Positions 25,701-41,116 of a stretch of DNA of 64,000 nucleotides are shown one piece after another (the first letter of the stretch is position 1; every line of letters starts with the position of its first letter). Source of the stretch: Macrostomum hystrix. Taxonomy: Eukaryota > Animalia > Platyhelminthes. The stretch spans positions 3,286,001 to 3,350,000 of the forward strand of contig CATNEN010000033.1 in the NCBI GenBank assembly GCA_950097015.1, in the 5' to 3' direction. A model generated the notes under the pieces. The model was not told the DNA's origin. It did not search any database and worked only from the letters and a program-made list of their open reading frames with translations. Made by a program: the position numbers and the translations under genes.

Positions 25701-28700
25701 TCTATTCTCTCTCATCTAGATCTATTCTCTCTCATCTAGATCTATTCTCTCTCATCTAGATCTATTCTCTCTCATCTAGATCTATTCTCTCTCATCTAGA
25801 TCTATTATCTCTCACCTAGATCTTTTCCTCTCTCATCTAGATCTATTCTCTCTCATCTAGATCTATTCTCTCTCATCTAGATCTATTCTCTCTCATCTAG
25901 ATCTATTCTCTCTCATCTAGATCTATTCTCTCTCATCTAGATCTATTCTCTCTCATCTAGATCAATTATCTCTCACCTAGATCTTTTCTCTCTCATCTAG
26001 ATCTATTCTCTCTCATCTAGATCTATTCTCTCTCATCTAGATCTATTCTCTCTCATCTAGATCTATTCTCTCTCATCTAGATCTATTCTCTCTCATCTAG
26101 ATCTATTATCTCTCACCTAGATCTTTTCTCTCTCATCTAGATCTATTATCTCTCATCTAGATCTATTCTCTCTCATCTAGATCTATTCTCTCTCATCTAG
26201 ATCTTCTCTCTCTTATCTAGATCTATTCTCTCTCATCTAGATCTTTTCTCTCTTACCTAGATCTTTTCTCTCTTACCTAGATCTATTCTCTCTCATCTAG
26301 ATCTATTCTCTCTCATCTAAATCTACTCTCTCTGATCCCAACCTTAGCAGCCCCGAGGCCAGGACGCGGCTCAGGGCCCGGCTCAAGCTGCCTCAGCTTC
26401 AATTAGCCGCGAGTTTCGTCGCCGAAGCCGACGCCACGAGGCTGATGAGCAGCCAACGTCCGCCACGGTCTCCGTGTCGCTTGACTTCGATCAAGGCGAC
26501 GATAGTGAGGCCGCCAGCGTCACTTTCAACCGGCGAGATCGGCGATACGCAAGCCATCGCCAGCAGCAACAGCAGCAGCTTCTGTCATCTCAAGCCCCAA
26601 TCTACCTCAACTTGTCCTACGAGAGTGACTCGTCTAGAGCGCAGTCGGTCGGAACCTACCGCAGGCAGCAGCAGCAGCGTCGGCGTCCGGCCGGAGCTGG
26701 AGCAGCCGCCGCCGCAGCCGCGTCCCGCAGCTCCCTAGCCAGAGCCCTGCGTCAGCAGCAGACCCGCTCTGCCGATCTGGACAATGCTGAAGATGACTGG
26801 TCTGCTGGTCAACGGCAACAGGAGGTCCAGTACAGTAACCTGGTGGCCGGGGTCGGTCGGGCCAGGAGCCTCGACCATTTGCGAGTCTCCACTCTCGGCA
26901 TCGGCAGTGCCTCTGTTACGGCCTCGCCGTTGCCGTCGCCCTCCCTCCCAATGGCGGCCGCCGGCAGTTCCGCTTCGCTGCACCTGGCTGCCAGGGACAC
27001 GGACGAACTCGCCAGTATTCTTGAGGGGTACCTGCGCAAGCGTAGAGACGAAAAGATTGGCTACCTGATGCGCGCATTGGCTAAGCACGATCCCGCCAAG
27101 TACGCCCGCCTCATGAGTCGCTACGCTGACGTCATCGGCGGCGGGGTGGTCGCCGAACAGCGACTGCCGGCCTGGCGACGCTCAGCTGCCAGCGCGTCTC
27201 TCCGTCGATCGGTAGGCGACGATGGCGACGACGCCGCATTGGAGGCGGAGGCGGCTCGACTGGTGCAGCTGGATCCGGGCATCATCTACCTGCCTGCTCC
27301 ATTCGTTAAAAACGATAATGCTCCGGTTGCTAAGGACGCCACTGTCAGAGTGGAGCTGGAGGGCCGCGAAATTTTGTGGGACGCCAGCGAGCCGGAGGCC
27401 GCGCAGCCATGGGCCGCCCTGTCCGGCCAGATGCCGCAGCCGGAGCCGCCGCCGCCGCTGCCAGCCAAGCTGACCAGCTCACAGATGGCCACAGCCTGGA
27501 GGCACGTGGACAAACGAGTCCTGGACTTCATCGACAACTCGCCGGCCCGGCTAGGCAGTTTCTCTGGCCTGGTTGGCCAGCTGTGCACTGGTTGGCGCAC
27601 CGAGACCGAGCGATGCCGCGCTCTGTTCGTTTATCTGACCTGCCACTCCAGCGACGGCTTCGGTCGGCCTGTCAAATACGACCGGCGAGCCCCGGCCTCC
27701 ACCCTGGTGGGCTGGCTGCGCCGGGTCGGCCTGGGTGCCGCCTGCCCGCATGAGCTCTTCGCCCTGCTGTGCGGCCACGCCGGCCTTCACTGCCAGCTGG
27801 TGCGCGGCTATTCCAAAGGCGCCGGCTACCTGCCCGGCACCAACCCGGCCTCCGCTAGCAGGTTCCGCAACGCCTGGACCGCCGTGTATCTCGACGGCGC
27901 TTGGCGCTTTGTCAACGTCGCCTGGGGCGCCTGGCCCAGAATGGCAGCCGCAGCCGCCGCTTCTGACGTCGCCCCGGATCCGGCTCCACCGCGGGCACAA
28001 GCCGGTCCCGACGATTTCTTCTTCCTGACGGATCCTTGGCATCATGTGCATTTGCACCTGCCGGATGACAAGCGCTGGCAGCTGCTCCGCGATCCGGTGG
28101 CCCTCACCGCCTTCGTGCGCATGCCGCTGCTCCGGTCGCCTTTCTTCAACGCCGGTCTGCGGCTACTGGACTGGCGCACCGACAGGCTGGAGGCCGACCC
28201 TGACACCAGCCTGGCCTGCGTTGATGTCTCAGTTCCGTCTGCCGCCTTCTCTGCCGATGCTGACTCCCGCGATGGCGGCGGAGGCGTGCGGGCGACCTGC
28301 CAGTTGGCTGCCTGGGAGGCGCCTGAGACGCCGCTTGTCGGTGGATCGGCGGCCTGCCTGCTGGGCAGCAGCGGTGGCAGCGGCAGTAGCGGCGGTGCTC
28401 AGACACTTCGCCTGATGGCCCGACCGCCCAGGGCGGGTCGCTTCCTGCTGAGCCTTTTTGTTGGACAGAGGGTGAGCTGGGACTGGATGGGATCTGAGTT
28501 GGATGGGATCTGAGTTGGATGGGATCTGAGTTGGATGGGATCTGAGTTGGATGGGATCTGAGTTGGATGGATCTGAGTTGGATGGGATCTGAGTTGGATG
28601 GATCTGAGTTGGATGGAATCTGAGTTGGATGGGATCTGAGTTGGATGGGATCTGAATTGGATGGATCTGAGTTGGATGGGATCTGAGTTGGATGGGATCT

Positions 28701-28947
28701 GAGTTGGATGGGATCTGAGTTGGATGGATCTGAGTTGGATGGGATCTGAGTTGGATGGGATCTGAGTTGGATGGGATCTGAGTTGGATGGGATCTGAGTT
28801 GGATGGGATCTGAGTTGGATGGGATCTGAGTTGGATGGGATCTGAGTTGGATGGGATCTGAGTTGGATGGGATCTGAGTTGGGTGATCTGCGTTACTATT
28901 AATTAAAATTACTATCCCTTCGTCCAAACCCTCAACAGGGCAAGCAG

Positions 28948-28987
<40 letters not shown>

Positions 28988-29805
28988 TCCTGGCGGCCAC
29001 CCTGCTCGTGAACTGCTCCGAGCAGCCGTCCAATCGCAAGACTCCGCAGCTGCCCTTCCCGCCGGACCCGGCCAGCCAACCGCTTGGCGAGACGCCCGCT
29101 GCGGCAAAGCTGGGCATCGAATTTCCCAGCTCCGATCCGGTGCTGCGTCATCACCCGGCGAGCGACCGGCCCTACCACCGGCTGCCGGTGTCCCTGACCG
29201 CGGCGGCCAGCGGAGCAGTTGGCTCCGGGCTCCGGATTGCCCACACGCTGACTAGATACGCGCCAGGCGGTGCGGAGAGATGCGACTCGTTTGCCCTGCT
29301 GCAGGGCGGCCGCGAGTACTGGCTGGCCTGCCCGGCTGCCGGCACTGGCGGCGGCTCGGCCGCCTGCCTCCTGACGGTGTTCGCCGGCCAGCCCTCGGAC
29401 GCCGAGCTCGCCTGCGTCTACCGCTGCGTCCTGCTGACCTCCGAGTGTCCGCCTTCTCTGCCGCCGCCTGAGCCGTTTCCTCTGCAGACTAGCCTGTTCT
29501 GCGGCTGCCGTCTGGTTGAGCCTCTCACCCAGCGCTTGCCAGCCGGCCGCACCCACGCCTTCCGGCTGGAGGCGCCCGGCTTCCGGGCCGTGTCGATCGT
29601 GCTCAACGACGGCGCCGCCTGGTTCGACATGCGTCGAAGGCGCAGCGCCAACACCGGCGCCGCCGATCAGTGGTCAAAGCGGCTGCGACTGGGCGCGGCC
29701 GGTTCGGCGGACGCTGCGGTGAGTTTGGCGATCTACGGCCAGCTGGCTGCGGACAGGGAGAGCCGATTCTGCAAGCTGCTGGATTTTGACATTGTGCCGG
29801 CCTAG
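21975..29805 (+). CDS. Hillarin / kyphoscoliosis-peptidase-like transglutaminase-fold protein, 5 exons, about 1559 aa
   Basis: Exons 21975-22757, 22924-23688, 25352-25492, 26348-28471, 28939-29805; all GT-AG, all phase 0, frame continuous. Domain motifs LCGHAGLHCQLVRGYSKGAGY, RFRNAWTAVYLDGAWRFV..WG and DDFFFLTDP...WQLL match hillarin/KY family hallmarks as I recall them. Confidence 0.85.
24090..25305. repeat. 31-bp minisatellite (GGGATCATCGGTGTGGGATTTCTAGACTCTT)n in hillarin intron 2
   Basis: Period 31; two variants, ...CTAGACTCTT and ...CTAGAAGCTT. Confidence 0.97.
25515..26335. repeat. 20-bp minisatellite (TCTATTCTCTCTCATCTAGA)n filling hillarin intron 3
   Basis: About 40 copies, occupying nearly all of the 855-nt intron. 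Confidence 0.97.
28484..28885. repeat. 16-bp minisatellite (GATGGGATCTGAGTTG)n in hillarin intron 4
   Basis: Starts about 12 nt after the GTGAGC donor. Confidence 0.97.
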
Positions 29806-32036
29806 GGCTAACTGAGATGCGAACCTCTGACCAATGCTAATAGTTGGATTTAGGCTTGAAATTTTAGATCGAACTTCGGACCTCCATTGAGTTGCTACCA
29901 AGGATGAGATTCGCTTTTTTGGGACTCGAACTTAGGATCTAAATAGGAGTCTGGAGAGTCCATCCGAAGTTCAATCTTGACTTCTTAATGCTAAGCTGAA
30001 TTCTTCGACGCAAAAATTGCGACTCGAACTCTGTACCTATGGCGGAGTTACACATGGCGGTCCACACTTGTGACCCATTGTTTCTCATTGCTGTTGTTAC
30101 TGTTTACGATAATTTTATTAATCGGCAGGGACTCTCTTATTGGATTCTACACGCTGGATATAACTCGATGCACTGTTATTGTTTGTTTGCTGTAAATGTA
30201 CTGTGAATTCTGTAGAATCTTTTTGTAAAACTGCCTTCTCTCATCGATTTTATGTGCATAGGTAGGCCAGTGCAATGCTCCAATAGGTAGTGGATTTTTG
30301 CTTAGAAAATGATATTCAACATTTTATAGATTTTTCATGCCGCTAAGTGCTGAAATGTATATAATAACTACTACTAAAATCAACTTTCTGAGTAGCATCA
30401 GTCGGATATTATTTATTGGGTTTAATGAAATCGGGCCGAACTTACAAATCGCTTGTTACTATAGAAGTCGAATTATGTCGAATCAGCGCACAGTAAGACA
30501 CCATGACACGAGTTTTCTGTGATTTTCTGTGTTTTCTATTCCCAATTGTAGTTTTCACTCAGTTTTTTTCTTACAGAACTTTGTCATTTTAGACAACAAT
30601 AACAAGTTTCAGCCACACACACGCAATTCTCTCCTGCCATTAACAGCATGACTGGCTACCCATTTATATCTAGATGACTCATCTGTCTAAACTATGAGCT
30701 ATAAATAAACATTTCACATATTACAGTTCTCAGTGCACATTTTATGCGTCTCTGACTCCACAAAACCAAAGTCGCTGTTATTTAAACGTATTTGAAACAC
30801 ATTCCTGCTATTTATACTGCTTAATCAGGCTTTATGCTTTGTTGGTTTTTGTTTATTCAACAACAGTTTCATTCCATTGCCTAACACTCAAAATACATTC
30901 CTGCGCAACCACAGGCTTGTGTATAGCCCATAACTTATCTGGTTACGTTACAATTACATGATAACTGGCTGTCTATGATGTTGTTAGAGGACGATGTTTT
31001 CAGGTGGGTTGTGGGCCGCTACATGCCTCACTGACTGTCTCACAGACCCACTGAAAAAACGAGAACTGTTTCAAGAGAATAGCAAACTCTCAAACTGTTG
31101 CTGCTGCTGTGGCATTAACGGATTATCTCTATCAATCAAAGATATTTTATTTTGTTTCAATAAAAAAGCCGATTTAGAAAAACAGAAGGAGAAAATCCGG
31201 GCACAATTTTCAGAGTGCAACTTGAAGCGAGTACATAGTTAACTATAGTAGCATGTGTATTCACAGATTAGCATGCGGCCGCAATTGTTGCGCTCGCTAA
31301 TTCCCATTGAAAAAAGATTCGATACATATTACTACTACTCTACGGCTAGTAGTACGCAAAATATTTTTTTCGAAAAGGCTAAACAGTGTATAAAGCAATT
31401 AAATAATACGCAGGATGCAGCCGCTTGGATCAACAAAAACTAAACAAACGCTGGCAGGCTAGGGGGCAATATGACGGGTTTTGATTATCTTGAATTGTTC
31501 AATTCATCAAGGCAATTGAGTGACAGCGCCCAATTGGGTGAGAGGCGGAGAAGATCGCTGAAGGAAGCGCAAAGGCAAAGCGTCGATAACAGTAAACAGA
31601 AAACAGCAGGACAAATTTAAAATTCATTGGGTAAGCATTGTTGTGAGCATAGATAACTAAATAGATATAACAGATATAATCATGCAGGGCATGTAAACAG
31701 TGGGCCTGGCTGGGGCAGCAAAACTATTAGATATTCGCGCCTAAACAAACCTATGAGAGAAGAGAGAGACAGGGAAAGATCTCTCAGGTGAAGCGGTGAA
31801 CATGGCTTGGGATCTAGGAAGCTTGGGAAGCTGCAGGTTGCTTACTATGCATTATGGCAGGCAGATGTACGAGTATTATCATGCGTGACGGCGGCGACTC
31901 AGACAGCATCATCGGATCAGTCTATGGCACAATTCCCTATACTAGACTACGGGAAATTGCTAATCTAGCCCAATCTGACACTCGAGACTGTCTGCGACTC
32001 AAATCCGAATCCCAGCCAGCGAGCTGACAGCCGAGT

Positions 32037-35972
<3,936 letters not shown>

Positions 35973-37092
35973 TTTGTTAAGAAGTGTGGAGTTTATATTA
36001 TATTTTGCTAATAAAATAGGTCTATGGTTTAAAAAATTATTTGTTGGTTAAATGTAAATCTAGGAAGAACTAGTTTTTACGTATATAAAAACACAATTAC
36101 ACTTATCGACAGTTTGGTAGAGTTCAATCTTTCAATAAATTAAAATAACAGTTCGAAAAAGATTTTCCACGAAGTAGTATATTCAAACAAAAACCAGCAA
36201 TATAGCTATGTAGTCAAATGAAAATTTTTATTTGTTTTTGCCTGAAAATGATGCCTATATTCGCGAATCATCACATCAGTATCTTACTAATATGCTGCGA
36301 GCTATTTCCTTTTATTGTCAAAAATGCAAGCTCGATAGTAATTTCATAACCTGGTCTTATATTCAACGAGACAAGAGTTGTCGATGCTTTTGTATGATCG
36401 GATACGACAGGACGGACAAAGAGTTTGTCCTTGGTCAACCTTTCCTGCTATATCTCTGATTAGTTCATAGAATGTAACACTTCTGTGTTAATTAATTTCG
36501 TCATTCAATCTTGATGTGAGGGAAGAGAGGGAGAGTCAGGACTAGGGATGAGAGGATTGCACAGAGGAAACTTCTTGAAAACAAAAACTAAAATATGTAA
36601 ACACTAAAGTTTTGTTTTGAACTAAAACGGTAACACACTCCTGACTCTGGTATTAACGCTAATACTGTAGCCAAATGCTGTTGCAGTACATAAGACGGCT
36701 ACAATTGAGAATAAACATTGTGAAGTGGGAGGAGAATATATCCAACAGGAGGTAAACTTTCGTAGAAATTAAGTACTCAAAATAAATTTTCGCAAGCAAG
36801 TTCACTGTGTGAGTGTACTGTTTGATAATGTACAATGCAATTGTACATTGCATTGGAGACCTCGCGATTGTTCTCTGTTATATTAAATGCGCTCGAGAGA
36901 CTCTAACCACAACTGGCTTTGTGAGGACGAATGTTTGAAGAATAGAGCATTCGAGAGTATATCAAAAGCACATTGCAATGCACGAATGAGCCTCGCAATC
37001 AAAGAATGCAGGAGCACAACCGTTCACAGCACTATGCCAAGCCGAGCAGACGTGAGCTGTGCAGCTTTGCTGCCGTACAGGGACCACAGACA

Positions 37093-37803
37093 ATGATTTC
37101 ATTGCCCTGGCAGCAGTGGCTGCGCAGTGGAACACGGCTTGTTCCACCAGAGAAGCAGGCTCACCTGCTGGAGACTGCCCTGCTGGTCTGCACCGGCCTG
37201 CGCGCCCGCGGCTTCCATTTGGACCGTCAGCCACTAGAAGACGATCTATCGGTATCGATTTTGTGTCGAGACTTTGCTAGAGTGCGACTGCAGTGGTGTC
37301 CGAGGTCTGCGAAGCCGCTAACCCTGCAGACTCCAGCATGTGGAGGGGTCACTTTGCAACAGGTTGGTAACAATTGACGAATGGCTTGATTGGTAACACG
37401 GGTGTTCACTAGACACCCGAATTAATTTATAGTTCCTTCGCCCTGTTTTGTCCAGTTTGAAGGCTACGCTATCTTCGCTTATCAGTCCGCGCCTTTGAAG
37501 TGGCCAAAGTCATCCGCAGAGGCCTCCGTGGCTCAAGCTCAGCTTGTAGCTAGCATGTGCTCAGACTGCGGTCTCAATGTGATCGCCAAGCCGTGCCCCC
37601 ACACAACCTGCCAGAACATTGACGACGCGGTCCTCGTGACTGTCGACGTGCAGTCTGTACTGCGTCGCCTAGGCGAGGAAAACAATTCGATGATCAACTA
37701 TCGAAGTGACACTCGAACTGTTGAGCTTGTGGCCCCTTTTGGATCCAATCTGGCGGGCTTTGACGATGAATTTGACGCATTCAGTTGGTGGCTGCAATCG
37801 TGA
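37093..37803 (+). CDS. Hypothetical protein, 2 exons, about 205 aa
   Basis: Exon 37093-37362 (donor CAG/GTTGGT) and exon 37456-37803 (acceptor TTTTGTCCAG); 93-nt intron, phase 0. The joined product is complex and globular-looking (MISLPWQQWLRSG...FEGYAIFAYQSAPLKW...FDAFSWWLQS). Head-to-head with PP1. Confidence 0.7.
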
Positions 37804-37908
37804 AGCCAAATTATGTCCGCATTCAGTTGGTGGCTGCAATCGTGAAGCCAAATTGTGTCCGCATTCAGTTAGTGGCTGCAATCGTGAAGCCAAATTATGT
37901 CCGCATTC
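37777..37908 (+). repeat. 42-bp unit in three copies, spanning the stop codon of the upstream gene
   Basis: CGCATTCAGTTGGTGGCTGCAATCGTGAAGCCAAATTATGTC at 37777, 37819 and 37861. Confidence 0.93.
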
Positions 37909-38619
37909 ATTTTCCTTATCATTAGCCTGTCCACAATGTCGAATCTGAACATTTTTTGCTCTTAAGTACTCGTAGTATTTCATGTTTTCTTGCTTTCACT
38001 TTGGTCCAAAAAAGATAAAGGAAATAGATGAAGGTAAGTAGATGCAGGGAAGGAGATGAAGGGAAGGATATATAAGGGAAGCAGATGAAGGGAATTATAT
38101 TAAAGGAAAGAGATGTAGGGAAGGAGATGAAGGGTTTAGAAGAAGGGAGGGATATGAAGGGAAAGAGAGGAAGTCACTGAGAAGGTGGAGTCAGTGGAGA
38201 GGGAGCGACCAAAATGGCCGGGAAAATTATTTAGAATTCTTTGCTGCTTGGTGATTGTAGAAAACTAGGAGTCTAAGATCGTATTTTTAATCAAGCAGCC
38301 GGTTTTAAAGTCGCTTTTATGAAACAGCTCTGATACTACTTTTTTATTTTTTATACTTACTTTTAATACCCACTCTATCCATAAATCTATTTGTCATAAT
38401 ACCGATATTTTTTGTCTCACATTTTTTCAAATTTCAAATTTCAAATTTCAATCGCGTAGAGCAGGACTAATGTGCTTGAGTTGGTGGGTAGGAAAGAGAT
38501 TACCCACTCATCATAAATAACAGCGGCCCATTTCGTTCACTGCATAAAAAAAATAGCTTCATTCTTAAATAAGCACCTTTTCTAAAAAAAGAACCCTTGC
38601 AAAAAAGTTGCACTCTAAA

Positions 38620-38860
38620 AATAGCAGCACTCAAAAAAAGCAGCACCCGAAAAATAGCAGCACTCTAAAAATAGCAGCACTCTAAAAATAGCAGCACTCT
38701 AAAAATAGCAGCACTAAAAATAGCAGCACTCTAAAAATAGCAGCACTCTAAAAATAGCAGCACTCTAAAAATAGCAGCACTCTAAAAATAGCAGCACTAA
38801 AAATAGCAGCACTCAAAAAAGTAGCACTTTAAAAATAGCAGCCCTCTAAAAAAACTAAAT
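38620..38860. repeat. 16-bp minisatellite (AAAATAGCAGCACTCT)n
   Basis: Read directly. Confidence 0.93.
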
Positions 38861-39121
38861 TCTAAAAATGTCTACATTATGGCATTACCAAGCATTCTAA
38901 GCTAGGATAAAAAAGAAGCAACTAAAACATCTAAATTCAATTGTTTTTTATTTTTTCGTCAAATTGGACCTATTTACTTCATATATGAAACGTGCCTTAA
39001 TGGATTTTTATTTCTTTCTTCAAGAAAAATTAAAACAACGAAATGTGAATACAGAAATCAGTACGCCTGATTATTCCATGAGAGAAATCTTATAAAGGTT
39101 TTTCGAACAACTTTTCTTGAA

Positions 39122-39490
39122 TCAATTCTTCAATCCAAATCGTTTGAGCCGTTCTAGATCCCTGTTGATTTCGGCGTCCCAGTTGTCAGCGTAAAAAATT
39201 TGCTGCTGCTGCTGTTGCTTCTGTGTCTGTGACTGCATCGGTGAAGGTTGAGAGGGTTTCGATCGATTATTATTTGCTGCTTCTCTGGTGCTGGGCTGCT
39301 GCTGCTGTTGCTGCTGATGCAGTGGCTGCTGCTGCTGTTGCTTCTTACCCTCACTCCGTGGCTGTGCCTGCTGTGGGTCGTACTTGAATTGATTGTGCTC
39401 AACTCGCAGATTCTTATTCTTGTCCGTATTGAAGGACTCCCTGTTGACATCCTGCGCGGCGTACTTCTTGTCAGATTTCTGGTTGGACAT
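39122..39490 (-). CDS. Small Gln-rich hypothetical protein, 122 aa
   Basis: ATG-to-stop ORF with the CAG-rich codon style of the neighbouring real genes and an ordered C-terminus (IFYADNWDAEINRDLERLKRFGLKN). No family recognised. Confidence 0.5.
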   Translation of the reverse strand: MSNQKSDKKYAAQDVNRESFNTDKNKNLRVEHNQFKYDPQQAQPRSEGKKQQQQQPLHQQQQQQQPSTREAANNNRSKPSQPSPMQSQTQKQQQQQQIFYADNWDAEINRDLERLKRFGLKN

Positions 39491-39974
39491 GACGGCCTTA
39501 ACTCTCTGAGCTGGCTAACTAGCTCAGAGAGTCAGAGAGGGATAATACTTTTTGGGGAAATGAGGAGACTAGAGAACCAGCGCGTGTTGATTTTATTTAG
39601 AGAGAGTGGGAGATAGGCAGGAACGCGGCCTGGTCTTTCGATTCAGCCAGCGTTGTCTTTAGAGGCTGCCGTAGCTTAAGCTTCTGTTGCCATAGCAACG
39701 CCCAATAAGAGCCACCTTGGGATGAGAGGATCAAGTAGGTGGCCATGAGGCAAATGTTGGCCCAGGGAGTGAGGAGCAGGTGATCCCCATTTGGAGGAGG
39801 TGGGCCGCGGAGTGGGAGTGGGAATCTGATGGAGATGGCAGGCCTTCCTCACGGCTGTCATAAAAACTGCTACAAATGTAGCAAACGGTACAGCGAGAGC
39901 AAAAATTGAGAAAAGCTAATTGTTGACATTCATCCAATGAAAGCAAATCCGATTTGATTTCAGTCTCAGTGGGC

Positions 39975-40520
39975 CTCAAAGTGGCAAAGGCAGCATTTTT
40001 TCAGGCATGATGACAAAGTGGCACAGGTGACAAAGTGGCAGAGGTGACAAAGTGGCAGAGGTGACAAAGTGGCAGAGGTGACAAAGTGGCAGAGGTGACA
40101 AAGTGGCAGAGGTGACAAAGTGGCAGAGGCGACAAAGTGGCAGAGGTGACAAAGTGACAGGTGTGACAAAGTGGCAGAGGTGACAAAGTGGCAGAGGTGA
40201 CAAAGTGGCAGAGGTGACAAAGTGGCAGAGGTGACAAAGTGGCAGAGGCGACAAAGTGGCAGAGGTGACAAAGTGGCAGAGGCGACAAAGTGGCAGAGGT
40301 GACAAAGTGGACAGAGTGTGACAAAGTGGCAGAGGTGACAAAGTGGCAGAGGTGACAAAGTGGCAGAGGTGACAAAGTGGCAGAGGTGACAAAGTGGCAG
40401 AGGCTGACAAAGTGGCAGAGGTGACAAAGTGGCAGAGGTGACAAAGTGGCAGAGGTGACAAAGTGGCAGAGGTGACAAAGTGGCAGAGGTGACAAAGTGG
40501 CAGAGGTGACAAAGTGGCAG
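39975..40520. repeat. 17-bp minisatellite (GACAAAGTGGCAGAGGT)n
   Basis: Explains the Cys/His-rich pseudo-ORFs at 39966-40579. Confidence 0.97.
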
Positions 40521-41116
40521 GAGTCAAAATTAACTTTAAAAAGCTTTTGTGCCATACTCGTATAAAATATACTTGCCACTTAAATATTCGAGGCTTGACT
40601 TGGATTAGTTTCTATATTTAATTGATCATCGAAAAATTGACAATGATGCACACTTTTTAATACTTTTAATAAGTGTACCTTATTTATTTGCACAGTTGTG
40701 AAATATAAAAAGCGAATAATTAAAAACAAATTCTTAGAGACTTAAACACAAAATTGCAAGATTGCTTTCATTTTCATTTTTTTTAAAACAAGAAAAGTCG
40801 ATAAATATTGCAAGCGGGAAAATTGTACATGGGAAAAATTTAATTCTTTTGTTTCGTAGTTATAATCACAAATTAAAAAATCACAACTAGCTACTTACGC
40901 TCGAGTATCAGATTATCACATTTCAGATATTTTCCAACTCCTCTTTCAGACCAAGTTTTACTTTTATAAATAATTTCGAGGCTGCAACGTCTGTCTAAAA
41001 CTATTGTTCCTCGAAGTCTAACACTAAGCGGTCGACAAAAAGAGAAATAAAATCCTTGTTATCCTACTTTCAGTAACTTTATTACGGAAAAAATTGCAAG
41101 CTACAACAAAACCCAG

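Noticed and set aside
22159-29722. Many antisense and alternate-frame ORFs over hillarin exons
   Set aside because: Expected shadows of GC-rich coding sequence.
39966-40579. Cys/His-rich ORFs resembling zinc fingers
   Set aside because: Reverse translation of the 17-bp array.
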